Source: a bacterium (lineage in GTDB: Bacteria > UBA8248). Taken from it: DNA of 64,000 nucleotides. The notes below the pieces were generated by a model. That model searched no databases. It saw nothing but the letters and a program-made list of their open reading frames with translations, and was not told the DNA's origin. The stretch is from positions 2,367,486 through 2,431,485 of the forward strand of contig OZ241326.1 of the NCBI GenBank assembly GCA_965199855.1. The letters are read 5' to 3'. The position numbers were made by a program, and so were the translations under genes. Shown one piece after another: positions 27,717-36,399 of this stretch. Position 1 is the first letter of the stretch. Every line of letters starts with the position of its first letter.

Positions 27717-28010
27717 CCGAAAACACTTTCATTGAGGTTCGTTGGGCGGCTTTTTCGAATTGCAACGCCCCCCTAGTCCCGGCGGTAGCCCCGGCATTTG
27801 GCGAGGATGGCGCCGTCGCGCGAGAACCACTCGGCGGTGAAGCCCGTCCCCTTGGGCAGAAACTTCACCAGGAGCAGGCCCTCGCTCCTGCCGCGCCGCC
27901 AGCGATACCACGAGCCCCTGGAGTCCCGCCCGTCCAGTTTGAGTCCCGTCCTCTTGAGGCGGCTGCCCTGGATGAAGCCCTCCTTCTCCCGGAAGCCGGC
28001 GGCGATGCCC

Positions 28011-29030
28011 TCATCCCTCCCTTCGCCCTCGCAGATGCCGCGAAATCCGCGCCAGCCCGAGGCGAAGCGGAGACGGGGCGCGGCGGAGAGCAGGCGCTTG
28101 TTGCGCCGCTTGATCTTCTTCCTCTCCGTTCTGATCGCATCCTTTATCTCCCATTTGTCGAACCAGCCGAAGGCGAGGGTGTTGATCGCGGCGGAGAGCG
28201 CGTCCTCCTCCTTCTTCTCGCCGGGCGCGGGGGTTGAGCTGTCCCGGAACGTAGTAGCGCCGCGCCTTGTCGGCGATATTCCGCGCGCGGCGGACGCGCC
28301 CGGGCCCCGCCGGGTGCGTCCTGAAATAGGCGCGGCCCCTGCCCGGCCCGCGCGCCCAGAGGCGCGAGGCGGCGTAGGGGTCGTAGCCGGCGAGCGCCGC
28401 GTAGAGAATGCCCATCTTGTCCGCCTCCTCCTCTTCCTTGAAGGAGTAGGTCGCGCCCCTGCCCTTCCGACCCGTCCTTCCGCCGGCGAGGTTGATGAAC
28501 GTTTGCGAGGATACGCGATCGGAGACGTGGGAGGCCGCGTTGTGGGCCATCTCGTGGCCGATCACCGCGGCGAGCTCCTCGTCGTCCAGGTCGTCGGTCA
28601 GGCCCGTGAAGAACACCATCTTGTTGCCGCCGAGAGCGGCCGCGTTCCAAAGCGGGTCGTCAAAATAGACGAACCTGACGGAGCGCTCGATCTCGTCCGC
28701 CGCGTGGCTCGCGGAGACCACGCGATGGAAGACGCGCGCGAGGCGCTCGTAGCGAGGGTCGAAGGGCGACACCCGCCTCGCTCCGGGCCGCGCCCCGATT
28801 TTTTCGGGATTGCGGATAATCTCCCTCATCCGCCTCTCGGAGGCGCGGACTTCCGCGGCCCGGGGGATGAAGTTGGGCGAGCGCTCCCCCGCGCTCGCGC
28901 CGCGCCTGCCCGGGGCACCGGGTTCCCGATACCGCTCGAGGATCGCGTCCGCCTGCGAGATGAGGTCAACGAGCTCCGCGCACGCGCTCATAGAAAGCGA
29001 GAGAAGCAGGAGCGCCGCCAGATTTCTCAT
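28011..29030 (-). CDS. M48-family zinc metallopeptidase lipoprotein (C-terminal tail uncertain)
   Basis: Signal/lipobox LLLLSLSMSAC; HEMAH zinc motif (HExxH) in AVIGHEMAHNAASH; downstream THPAGPGRVRRARNI. The last ~100 aa are low-complexity Arg/Gly-rich, so the true stop may lie earlier. Confidence 0.65.
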   Translation of the reverse strand: MRNLAALLLLSLSMSACAELVDLISQADAILERYREPGAPGRRGASAGERSPNFIPRAAEVRASERRMREIIRNPEKIGARPGARRVSPFDPRYERLARVFHRVVSASHAADEIERSVRFVYFDDPLWNAAALGGNKMVFFTGLTDDLDDEELAAVIGHEMAHNAASHVSDRVSSQTFINLAGGRTGRKGRGATYSFKEEEEADKMGILYAALAGYDPYAASRLWARGPGRGRAYFRTHPAGPGRVRRARNIADKARRYYVPGQLNPRARREEGGGRALRRDQHPRLRLVRQMGDKGCDQNGEEEDQAAQQAPALRRAPSPLRLGLARISRHLRGRREG

Positions 29031-29115
29031 CGCGCGCCTCCTTTTCGGGCCGGCGGCCAGCGAGAGCCGGCGGCCGCTCCCTCCCGGCTTCGGCCGCGGC
29101 GCCTCGCCCGAAGAT

Positions 29116-30333
29116 TCAGACCATCATGCCCGCCAAAGCCGCCGTGAGCCAGGACGCCAGCGCGCCCGCGACCATCGCCCGCAGCGCGAGTTTCGCCAGA
29201 TCGCCCCTGCGCTCGGGCGCGAGCCCCCCGATGCCGCCCACCTGGACGCCGATGGAGGCGAAATTTGCGAAGCCGCACAGGGCGTAGCTGGCGATGACCG
29301 CCGTGCGGTCGGAGAGGGCGCCGGCGGCGTGCAGCTCGCTCAGGTTGTGGTAGGCGATGAACTCGGTGAGGACGACCTTCTCTCCCATCAGCCGTCCCAG
29401 AACGTCCGCCTCGGCCCAGGGCGCGCCCATCGACCACGCCAGGGGGCGGAACGCCCAGCCGAGAATTTGCTGCACGCTCAGGCCCGCGAGGTCCAGCGCG
29501 CCGTTGATCATGGCGACGAAGGCGACGAAGGCCACCAGCATGACGGCCACGTTCATCACGAGCGTCAGCCCCTCCGCCGCGCCGCGCGTCATGGCCTGGA
29601 TGAGGTTGGCGTCGGGACGCTCCATCTCTATCCGCGCGTCGCCCAGGGTCTCCGGCGTCTCCGTCTCCGGGAAGACGATTTTCGCCATCACGAGCGCGGC
29701 GGGGGCGCTCATGATGGAGGCGGCCATCAGGTGGCCGGCGATTCCCGGCACGTCCTTCAGCATCCCCGCATAGACGGCCAGCAGCCCGCCGGTCATGGTG
29801 GCGAAGCCGCCGGTCATCACCGCCATGAGCTCGGAGGAGGTCATCCGCCCGAGGAAGGGCCGCACGACCAGGGGCGCCTCCGTCTGCCCGACGAAGATGT
29901 TGGCCGACACGCTCAGCGTCTCCGAGCCGCTCGTCCCCATGAACCTGCGCATGACGATGGCGATTCCGCGCACGACGGGCTGCATGACGCCCAGGTGGTA
30001 GAGCACGGCCATGAGCGAGGAGAGAAAGATGATGACCGGCAGAAAGCGGAAGGCGAGGTTGAACAGCGCGGGCTCGACGTTGCCCGTCTGGACGGAGCGG
30101 AAGATGAACGCGGTGCCCTCGTCGGCGAAGTTCAGGAGCTTGCGGACGAAGCCGTCCACCGCCGCGAAGAACGGCCGGCCCGCGGGCGTCTTCAGGATGA
30201 GGACGGCGAAGAGAAGCTGCAGGCCGAGACCCGCGGCGACGACGCGCCTCGATATGGCGGCGCGGTCGCGGGACATGGCGTAGGCGGCGCCAAGCAGAAC
30301 GAGGATGCCCAGAATCCCGACGAATCTCCCCAT
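29116..30333 (-). CDS. NupC/CNT-family concentrative nucleoside transporter
   Basis: Multi-TM protein with CNT hallmark motifs around GQTEAPLVVRPFL and YALCGFANFASIGVQ. The start was placed at the internal Met (MGRFVGILGILVLL). Confidence 0.75.
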   Translation of the reverse strand: MGRFVGILGILVLLGAAYAMSRDRAAISRRVVAAGLGLQLLFAVLILKTPAGRPFFAAVDGFVRKLLNFADEGTAFIFRSVQTGNVEPALFNLAFRFLPVIIFLSSLMAVLYHLGVMQPVVRGIAIVMRRFMGTSGSETLSVSANIFVGQTEAPLVVRPFLGRMTSSELMAVMTGGFATMTGGLLAVYAGMLKDVPGIAGHLMAASIMSAPAALVMAKIVFPETETPETLGDARIEMERPDANLIQAMTRGAAEGLTLVMNVAVMLVAFVAFVAMINGALDLAGLSVQQILGWAFRPLAWSMGAPWAEADVLGRLMGEKVVLTEFIAYHNLSELHAAGALSDRTAVIASYALCGFANFASIGVQVGGIGGLAPERRGDLAKLALRAMVAGALASWLTAALAGMMV

Positions 30334-30469
30334 CGCGCCTCCTTCGGCGGGCGGGAAACGGCGTGAAGCGATATCAAAAAATGTAGCACCCCCGCCCGCG
30401 AACGCAAAGCCGCGCGCGGTGATCCGGCCTCCATTGGACATTGGCGAACCGTCCGCGGCAACGGCCGCG

Positions 30470-31231
30470 TCAGGCGCCCGCTTCCTCCGCCAGCGCCTCG
30501 GCGGTCCGCGCGATGAGGGCGAGGTCCCGGGGTCTCGAGAGTCTGTGATCGCCGTCCTTTACGAGCGTCAGGCGCGCGTCTCCGCCCTCGAGGGCGTTCG
30601 CCAGGCGAAGCGAGGTCTCCCATGGCACGCTTTCATCGCGCATTCCGTGAATGAGGCGAACGGGCTGTGTCAGCCCGATCCCGCCGCGCAGGAGCAGGTG
30701 GTTCGCTCCCTCGTCCAGCAGGCTCCGGGTGATGGGGTAAGGCGGCTCGTAGTCGGAGGCGCGCATGAAAAAGCCGCGTTCGGCCAGCTCCGCCCGCGCG
30801 GCGTCGTCGAGCCTGCTCCTTATCAAATCCTCCGTGAAGTCGGGGGCCGCCGCCACGCCCACCAGCCCCCGCACACGATCGGGCCGCGCCAGGGCGGCGA
30901 GCAGCATGATCCACCCGCCCATGCTCGAGCCGACGAGCACCTGGGCCCCCCGGGCGACCTCATCCAGAACCGCGACGGCGTCCTCCGCCCACGCCCCGAT
31001 GGTTCCCTCCTCGAACGCTCCCGAGGACTCTCCATGTCCGCCGTAGTCGAAGCGGACGTAGGCGCGTCCCGCGCGCCGGCAGCGCGCCTCGAGCGCGCTC
31101 GCCTTCGTCCCGCTCATGTCCGAACGGAAGCCGCCCAGGAACATCAGCCCGGGGGACTTCCCCTCCAGCCGAAAAAAGGCGAGCGAGGCCCCGCCCGGCC
31201 GGGACAGAAATCTTGAGCCGGCGCGCGGCAT
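30470..31231 (-). CDS. alpha/beta-fold hydrolase
   Basis: GSSMGG nucleophile elbow; 253 aa. Confidence 0.7.
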   Translation of the reverse strand: MPRAGSRFLSRPGGASLAFFRLEGKSPGLMFLGGFRSDMSGTKASALEARCRRAGRAYVRFDYGGHGESSGAFEEGTIGAWAEDAVAVLDEVARGAQVLVGSSMGGWIMLLAALARPDRVRGLVGVAAAPDFTEDLIRSRLDDAARAELAERGFFMRASDYEPPYPITRSLLDEGANHLLLRGGIGLTQPVRLIHGMRDESVPWETSLRLANALEGGDARLTLVKDGDHRLSRPRDLALIARTAEALAEEAGA

Positions 31232-31240
31232 CTTTCTCGT

Positions 31241-31774
31241 CTAGGAGGATTTCTTCAGGTGATCGAGCAGGCCGGCGGCGACGCTCCGGATGGCGGCTTC
31301 CGCCTCCGGGTCCGCGCAGCGCCCCTTCTCGTCGAAGCGCTTGTGAACGCTCCCTAACGAGGCCTGGACGGGCAGAACCTCCGCGCCGACGTGGGTGAGG
31401 ATGTGCCGCAGGTGCGAGAGGGCGTCGTCCGCGCCCGGCCCCATCGCCACGCCCAGGATGGCGACGCTCCCGCCCTCGAGAGTGGAGGGATAGCCCAGAT
31501 TGTCTATCGCCAGCTTGAGGGTGCTGCTGACGCTGCCGTGATAGACCGGCGTCCCGATGAGGATTCCCGCCGCCCCCGACACGAGCCCCCGCAGGGCTTC
31601 GGGGTCCTTCGAGTCGCTCGGCTCGCCCGGCAGGGGCAGGTCGAGCTCGCCCAGATGAATCCGGGTGATCGCGAAATCGCCCTTCTCCAGTTCGTCCAGG
31701 GCGATCGCCAGCGCCTTGTCCGTGTTGTTCCCCGGCCGGCGGCTGCCGCCGAAAACGAGAATGTAGGGAGTCAC
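31241..31774 (-). CDS. NAD(P)H-dependent FMN reductase
   Basis: ILVFGGSRRPGNNTDKAL flavodoxin-like N-terminus; ...IGTPVYHGSVSS. Confidence 0.75.
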   Translation of the reverse strand: MTPYILVFGGSRRPGNNTDKALAIALDELEKGDFAITRIHLGELDLPLPGEPSDSKDPEALRGLVSGAAGILIGTPVYHGSVSSTLKLAIDNLGYPSTLEGGSVAILGVAMGPGADDALSHLRHILTHVGAEVLPVQASLGSVHKRFDEKGRCADPEAEAAIRSVAAGLLDHLKKSS

Positions 31775-31793
31775 GTCCGGCGCTTGCGCTTGA

Positions 31794-32900
31794 TCAGGCG
31801 GCGACGCCCGCGGGATCGGGCAGCGCGACGGGGGCGGTGTCCTTGAGCAGCGGCAGAACCTCCCTGCCGAAAATCTCCGCTTCCTCCCTGTGCGGCCATC
31901 CGTTCATGATGAAGTGCCGCACGCCCGCGTCGTAATACTCGCGGATGGTGGCGGCGACCATCTCCGGCGTGCCGACGAACATCGTGCCCGCCCCTCCGCG
32001 CACCCGGTTCACCCCCATCCAGATGGTGTCGGTGAGCCACAGGCTCCCGCGGGAGCCCATCTCGTTGATGCGCATCTGGCCGGTGGATTCGGTGTTGTTC
32101 TTCATGTCGGCCCAGGTTCCCGTGTTGGCGATGTCGCTCCTGTCGATGAGCGCCTCGGCGGCGCGCGCCGCCTCCTTCCTCGTCTCGCGCACGCAGACCA
32201 GATGGCGGACGCCGTAGCGCAGCGGACGCTCGCGGTCGTATTTTTGGGACTCCCGCGCGCCCTCCTCGATGTCCCTGGCGACCACCTCGGGCTCGGCGGC
32301 ATACATGACGTGCACGTCCCCGTATTCCCACGCCACCCGCTTGCCCGCCTGCGAGCTTCCCGCCAGGAAAATCGGGGGGTTGGGCTTCGTCACCCGCTCC
32401 GGGAAGATGGACGCGCCCTCGATCTCGAAAAATTTCCCCTTGTAGTCCATCGGCCCCTCCGAGCGCCAGAGCCTGCGCACCACGTCGAGAAACTCGCCCG
32501 TGCGCTCGTAGCGGTCGTCGTGGGGCATGAAGTCCCCGTATCGCTTCTGATCGACGGGCGTGCTGCCCGTCACCACGTTCAGGGAGCAGCGTCCGCCCGT
32601 GAGGTAGTCGAGGCTGTTCGCCTGCTGCGCCGCATAGACCGGGCCGGTGATGCCGGGTCGGAAAGCCACGAGAAACCTGATTTTTTTGGTTCTTCCCGAA
32701 ATCGCGCCCGCCGTCGTCCAGGCGTCGATGCAGTGCGTGCCGCACGGCACGAGGATGTTGGCGAAGCCCGCCGCCTCGGCCGCCGCCGTCACCTGGGCGA
32801 GATAATCCAGCGTGGCGGGGCGATCCGGCGTCTTCTGGTTCACCTGGCTGCCGTCGCCCGCCCTGTGGGAGCAAAGCGCCCAGATGTATTCGGTGGACAT
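31794..32900 (-). CDS. LLM-class (luciferase-like) flavin-dependent monooxygenase
   Basis: 368-aa TIM-barrel LLM family (..LDYLTGGRCSLNVVTGS..); adjacent to the FMN reductase, suggesting a two-component monooxygenase. Confidence 0.75.
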   Translation of the reverse strand: MSTEYIWALCSHRAGDGSQVNQKTPDRPATLDYLAQVTAAAEAAGFANILVPCGTHCIDAWTTAGAISGRTKKIRFLVAFRPGITGPVYAAQQANSLDYLTGGRCSLNVVTGSTPVDQKRYGDFMPHDDRYERTGEFLDVVRRLWRSEGPMDYKGKFFEIEGASIFPERVTKPNPPIFLAGSSQAGKRVAWEYGDVHVMYAAEPEVVARDIEEGARESQKYDRERPLRYGVRHLVCVRETRKEAARAAEALIDRSDIANTGTWADMKNNTESTGQMRINEMGSRGSLWLTDTIWMGVNRVRGGAGTMFVGTPEMVAATIREYYDAGVRHFIMNGWPHREEAEIFGREVLPLLKDTAPVALPDPAGVAA

Positions 32901-33146
32901 ATCCCCCTCCCGCGCGCGAAGAAAGCGCCCGCGTCTTACCGCTCACGCCTGCGCTTCCTCGTCAGGATAAAGGCATTTTCACGGCGGATCAAGATAGCGG
33001 AGCGGGCGGGCGGCGCAAGGACGCGCCCCGGGAGGCGAAGCGCATCCGCGAAATCCGGCGCGGCAGGCTCGGCAGGAAGCGCGCTCCGACCGGCGAGGCG
33101 GCCCAACGTCCCGGAGGCGGCTCGCTCGCCGGCCGATGGAGCGGGT

Positions 33147-33725
33147 CTAAGGCTCCTTGTCCAGGACGACCAGATAGCGCCGCTCCCGCCTGCGCTCGAC
33201 GACGACGCCGCGGCGCTCCATGCGGTATCCCGGCAGCCGCAGCCACAGGGAATGCTCGCCCGGAACGAGTGTCGATATCTCGAGCGTCGGTTCCGCCTTT
33301 CCGTAATACCGGCTGTTGACGAAGACCTCGGCGCCCGGCGGGTTCGAGCGGACGACCAGGCGGCCGAAGCCGTCTTTCGTCAGCCTCACCTTCAGGGGAA
33401 CCTTCTCCGCGCGCACGTCGAACTCCACGACCTGCGCGACTCGGCCCGGAAATTCCGCCCGCAGCGAATGACGCCCGTAGGCCACGCCCTTGATCTCAAG
33501 GGGCTTTCGGGCGTATGCGACCCCGCGCGGATTGCCGTCGAAGATGACGGCCGCCCCGTCGGGTTCGCTCGTCACCACGACGATGCCCATGCCCCGCGGA
33601 ATTTCGGCGGCCTTCTTTCCCAGACATCCGCCGCCCGCCGCCAGAGCGCAAAGCGCGAACGCCATGATCGTCGGGCGGATGCGATTTCTCCCCGCGCGCC
33701 TCGAAGCCAAGCGTCTCTCCTCCAT
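33147..33725 (-). CDS. PEGA-domain (lipo)protein
   Basis: Two PEGA-like repeats (VVTSEPDGAAVIFDG; VRSNPPGAEVFVNS). The start was moved to an internal Met preceding the hydrophobic signal MAFALCALAAGGGC. Confidence 0.55.
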   Translation of the reverse strand: MEERRLASRRAGRNRIRPTIMAFALCALAAGGGCLGKKAAEIPRGMGIVVVTSEPDGAAVIFDGNPRGVAYARKPLEIKGVAYGRHSLRAEFPGRVAQVVEFDVRAEKVPLKVRLTKDGFGRLVVRSNPPGAEVFVNSRYYGKAEPTLEISTLVPGEHSLWLRLPGYRMERRGVVVERRRERRYLVVLDKEP

Positions 33726-33894
33726 GTTCAGGCCCCTCTCTCCTCTCGAATCCCGCGTTTCAGCGTAACGTATCCTGTTTGGCCGGGGAGTGGAAGCCGC
33801 CTCCGAAGACGAACCCCGGACGCGCTTGCCGATTCGCGGCGCATGGGGAATGATGCGGCGCGAGCGTGAGGCGCCCATGGGGAGAGGCCGCGCA

Positions 33895-35598
33895 ATGCGG
33901 GGACACCTGAGAGGACTGACGAGCTACGGCGATCCGGGCTTCAGCGCTTTCGCGCGGGGCGCCTACGCGCGGGGGTTCGGCCTCACGAAGGAGGACCTGG
34001 AAAAGCCCATCGTCGGCATCGCCCAGACCTGGAGCGAGCTCAACCCCTGCCATCGCCACCTGCGGGAGATCGCCGAGGCCGTCAAGCGCGGCGTCTGGCA
34101 GACGGGCGGCCTGCCGCTGGAGTTTCCCACCATTTCGCTCGGCGAAATGTATATGAACCCGACGGCCATGTTCTTCCGCAACCTCCTCTCGATGGACACC
34201 GAGGAGATGATTCGCGGACAGCCCATGGACGGCGTGGTGCTGCTCGGCGGATGCGACAAGACGCTGCCCGCGCAGCTCATGGGCGCGGCCAGCGCGGGCA
34301 TCCCCGCCATCTGCGTGACGGCGGGACCGATGATCGGCGGAAGGTTCGAGGACAAGACGCTGGGGGCGTGCTCGGACTGCCGCGGGATGTGGAGCGAATA
34401 CCGCGCGGGCGGCCTCGACGACGCGCGCCTCGAGGAGGCCCAGGGCGCGCTCTTCCCCTCGGCGGGCGCCTGCATGGTGATGGGAACGGCGAGCACCATG
34501 GCCTCCCTCGCCGAGGCGATGGGCATGATGCTCCCCGGGCTCGCGGCGATTCCGGCGGTGAATTCGCGCCGCATCCGCCTGGCGGAGCAGAGCGGGCGGC
34601 GCATCACCGACCTGATCGAGAAGAACCTCACGCCCGACGGAATCATCACGCGCGAATCGCTCGAAAACGCCATCCGCGTGCTCATGGCGGTGGGCGGCTC
34701 CACGAACGCCGTCGTTCACCTGCCGGCCATCGCCGGAAGGCTGGGCATCGACCTCCCCCTGTCCGTCTTCGATGACATCTCCCGCGAGACGCCGCTGCTG
34801 GGAAGCGTCCGCCCCTCGGGCGAGAAATACCTGATGGAGGATCTGGCGGCGGCGGGCGGGATTCCGGTCGTGATGAAGGAGCTCGAACCCCTCCTGCACG
34901 GCGAGTGCATGACGGTGACGGGCGGAACCGTCCGGGAAAACCTGTCGAGCGTCCCCAGGGCGCAGGCTTGGCAGGACGTCATCCGCCCCCGGGAGAAGCC
35001 CCTCTCCCCCGAGGGCGGCCTCGTCATCCTGAAAGGCTCGCTCGCGCCCGACGGGGCGGTCATCAAGGTTTCGGCGGCCAGTCCCGGTCTGCTGAGGCAC
35101 ACCGGCCCGGCGGTCGTCTTCTCCTCGCTCCAGGATTTGATCGAGCGCATTGACGACCCCGACCTCCCCGCGACGGCCGAGAGCGTCTTCGTGCTCCAGA
35201 ACGCGGGGCCGCTCGGCGCGCCCGGCTTCCCCGAGGCAGGCTCCCTGCCCATTCCGAAGAAGCTGCTCGAAGCCGGCGCGCGCGACGTCGTCCGCGTCTC
35301 GGACGCGCGCATGAGCGGCACGGCGTCGGGAACCATCGCGCTGCACGCCGCCCCCGAAGCGGCCGCGGGCGGGCCCCTCGCCCTGGCGCGGGACGGGGAC
35401 ATGATAACCCTCGACGTCCCGAGCCGCAGGCTCGACCTGAACGTCCCCGATGAGGAACTCGCGCGCCGCCGCGCCGCCTGGAAGCCGCCGCCGCCCCATT
35501 ACGAGCGGGGCTACGGCAGGCTGTTTCTCGAAAACGCGCTCCAGGCGCCCCAGGGGTGCGACTTCGGCTTTTTGAGAAAGACGCCGCCCGAAGCGTGA
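33895..35598 (+). CDS. IlvD/EDD-family dehydratase (dihydroxy-acid / sugar-acid dehydratase)
   Basis: KPIVGIAQTWSELNPCHRHL, the [Fe-S] ligand region CDKTLPAQLMGAA, and ...MSGTASGTIALH. Start at MRGHL, with an RBS upstream. Confidence 0.85.
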   Translation: MRGHLRGLTSYGDPGFSAFARGAYARGFGLTKEDLEKPIVGIAQTWSELNPCHRHLREIAEAVKRGVWQTGGLPLEFPTISLGEMYMNPTAMFFRNLLSMDTEEMIRGQPMDGVVLLGGCDKTLPAQLMGAASAGIPAICVTAGPMIGGRFEDKTLGACSDCRGMWSEYRAGGLDDARLEEAQGALFPSAGACMVMGTASTMASLAEAMGMMLPGLAAIPAVNSRRIRLAEQSGRRITDLIEKNLTPDGIITRESLENAIRVLMAVGGSTNAVVHLPAIAGRLGIDLPLSVFDDISRETPLLGSVRPSGEKYLMEDLAAAGGIPVVMKELEPLLHGECMTVTGGTVRENLSSVPRAQAWQDVIRPREKPLSPEGGLVILKGSLAPDGAVIKVSAASPGLLRHTGPAVVFSSLQDLIERIDDPDLPATAESVFVLQNAGPLGAPGFPEAGSLPIPKKLLEAGARDVVRVSDARMSGTASGTIALHAAPEAAAGGPLALARDGDMITLDVPSRRLDLNVPDEELARRRAAWKPPPPHYERGYGRLFLENALQAPQGCDFGFLRKTPPEA

Positions 35599-35638
35599 GC
35601 CGCCCGCCCCGAAAAACGCCCGACGGGATTTTCACCCC

Positions 35639-36370
35639 ATGTGCGGACGCTTCACCCTCACCGAACCCGCCCCCTGGCTCGCGGAAATCCTGGGGCCGGG
35701 CGCGGAGAGCCCAGAGGCGCTCGGAGAGATTCCCCCCCGCTACAACGCCGCGCCGGGGACGGAGATTCACATCGTCCGGGCGGCGGGGGAGACGCCGCGC
35801 GAACTCGCCCGCGCCCGCTGGGGGCTGGTTCCCCACTGGGCGAGAAGCCCCGACTTCGCCGCCAGGACCATCAACGCGCGCGCGGAGACGGCGGCGGAGA
35901 AGCCCGCCTTCCGCGCCGCCTTCCGCCGCAGGCGCTGCCTCGTGCCGGCGGACGGCTTCTACGAGTGGGCGGGAGATTCAGGAAAAAAGCGCCCCTGGTT
36001 CATCCACCTGAGCGGCGGGAGACCCTTCGCCTTCGCGGGTCTTTGGGAGTCCTGGCGCGGAGCGGACGGGGCGCGGCTCGATACCTGCGCGATTCTCACG
36101 ACGGAGGCGAACGAGCGGCTCGCCGCCCTCCATCCCCGGATGCCCGTCATCCTGCCCGAAAGCGCCCATGGCGCCTGGCTCGACCCGAAGGCGGGCCGCG
36201 CCCCGCAGGCGCTACGGGCGCTCCTGGGTCCCTGGCCGGCGGAGGACTTCGCCTGCTATCCCGTGGGCGAGCGGGTGAACAGCCCCGGAAACGACGACCC
36301 CGCCTGCCTCGAAAGACTCGCCCCGGAAGCCGCCCCGCCGCCGCGCCAGGGGTCGCTCTTCGGGGATTGA
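35639..36370 (+). CDS. SOS-response-associated peptidase (SRAP/YedK abasic-site processing protein)
   Basis: MCGRF N-terminus with catalytic Cys2; ...RYNAAPGTEIHIV...LVPADGFYEW. Confidence 0.85.
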   Translation: MCGRFTLTEPAPWLAEILGPGAESPEALGEIPPRYNAAPGTEIHIVRAAGETPRELARARWGLVPHWARSPDFAARTINARAETAAEKPAFRAAFRRRRCLVPADGFYEWAGDSGKKRPWFIHLSGGRPFAFAGLWESWRGADGARLDTCAILTTEANERLAALHPRMPVILPESAHGAWLDPKAGRAPQALRALLGPWPAEDFACYPVGERVNSPGNDDPACLERLAPEAAPPPRQGSLFGD

Positions 36371-36399
36371 CCGGAGAGCGGCCCAGGCGGGACGCCGGG

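Larger units (their letters stand above)
21508..27770. mobile_element. putative horizontally acquired genomic island inserted at the 3' end of tRNA-Asn (low GC, two genes, no integrase)
   Basis: GC drops to about 50-55% from ~70% in the flanks. The island starts 1 nt after the tRNA. A degenerate copy of the tRNA 3' end (ttcgaat..cgcc) occurs near 27750-27766 where GC recovers. Confidence 0.5.

Noticed and set aside
28011-28330. C-terminal ~100 aa of the M48 peptidase ORF
   Set aside because: The tail is low-complexity and Arg/Gly-rich. This suggests either the true stop is earlier or there is a frameshift, which cannot be resolved without homologues.
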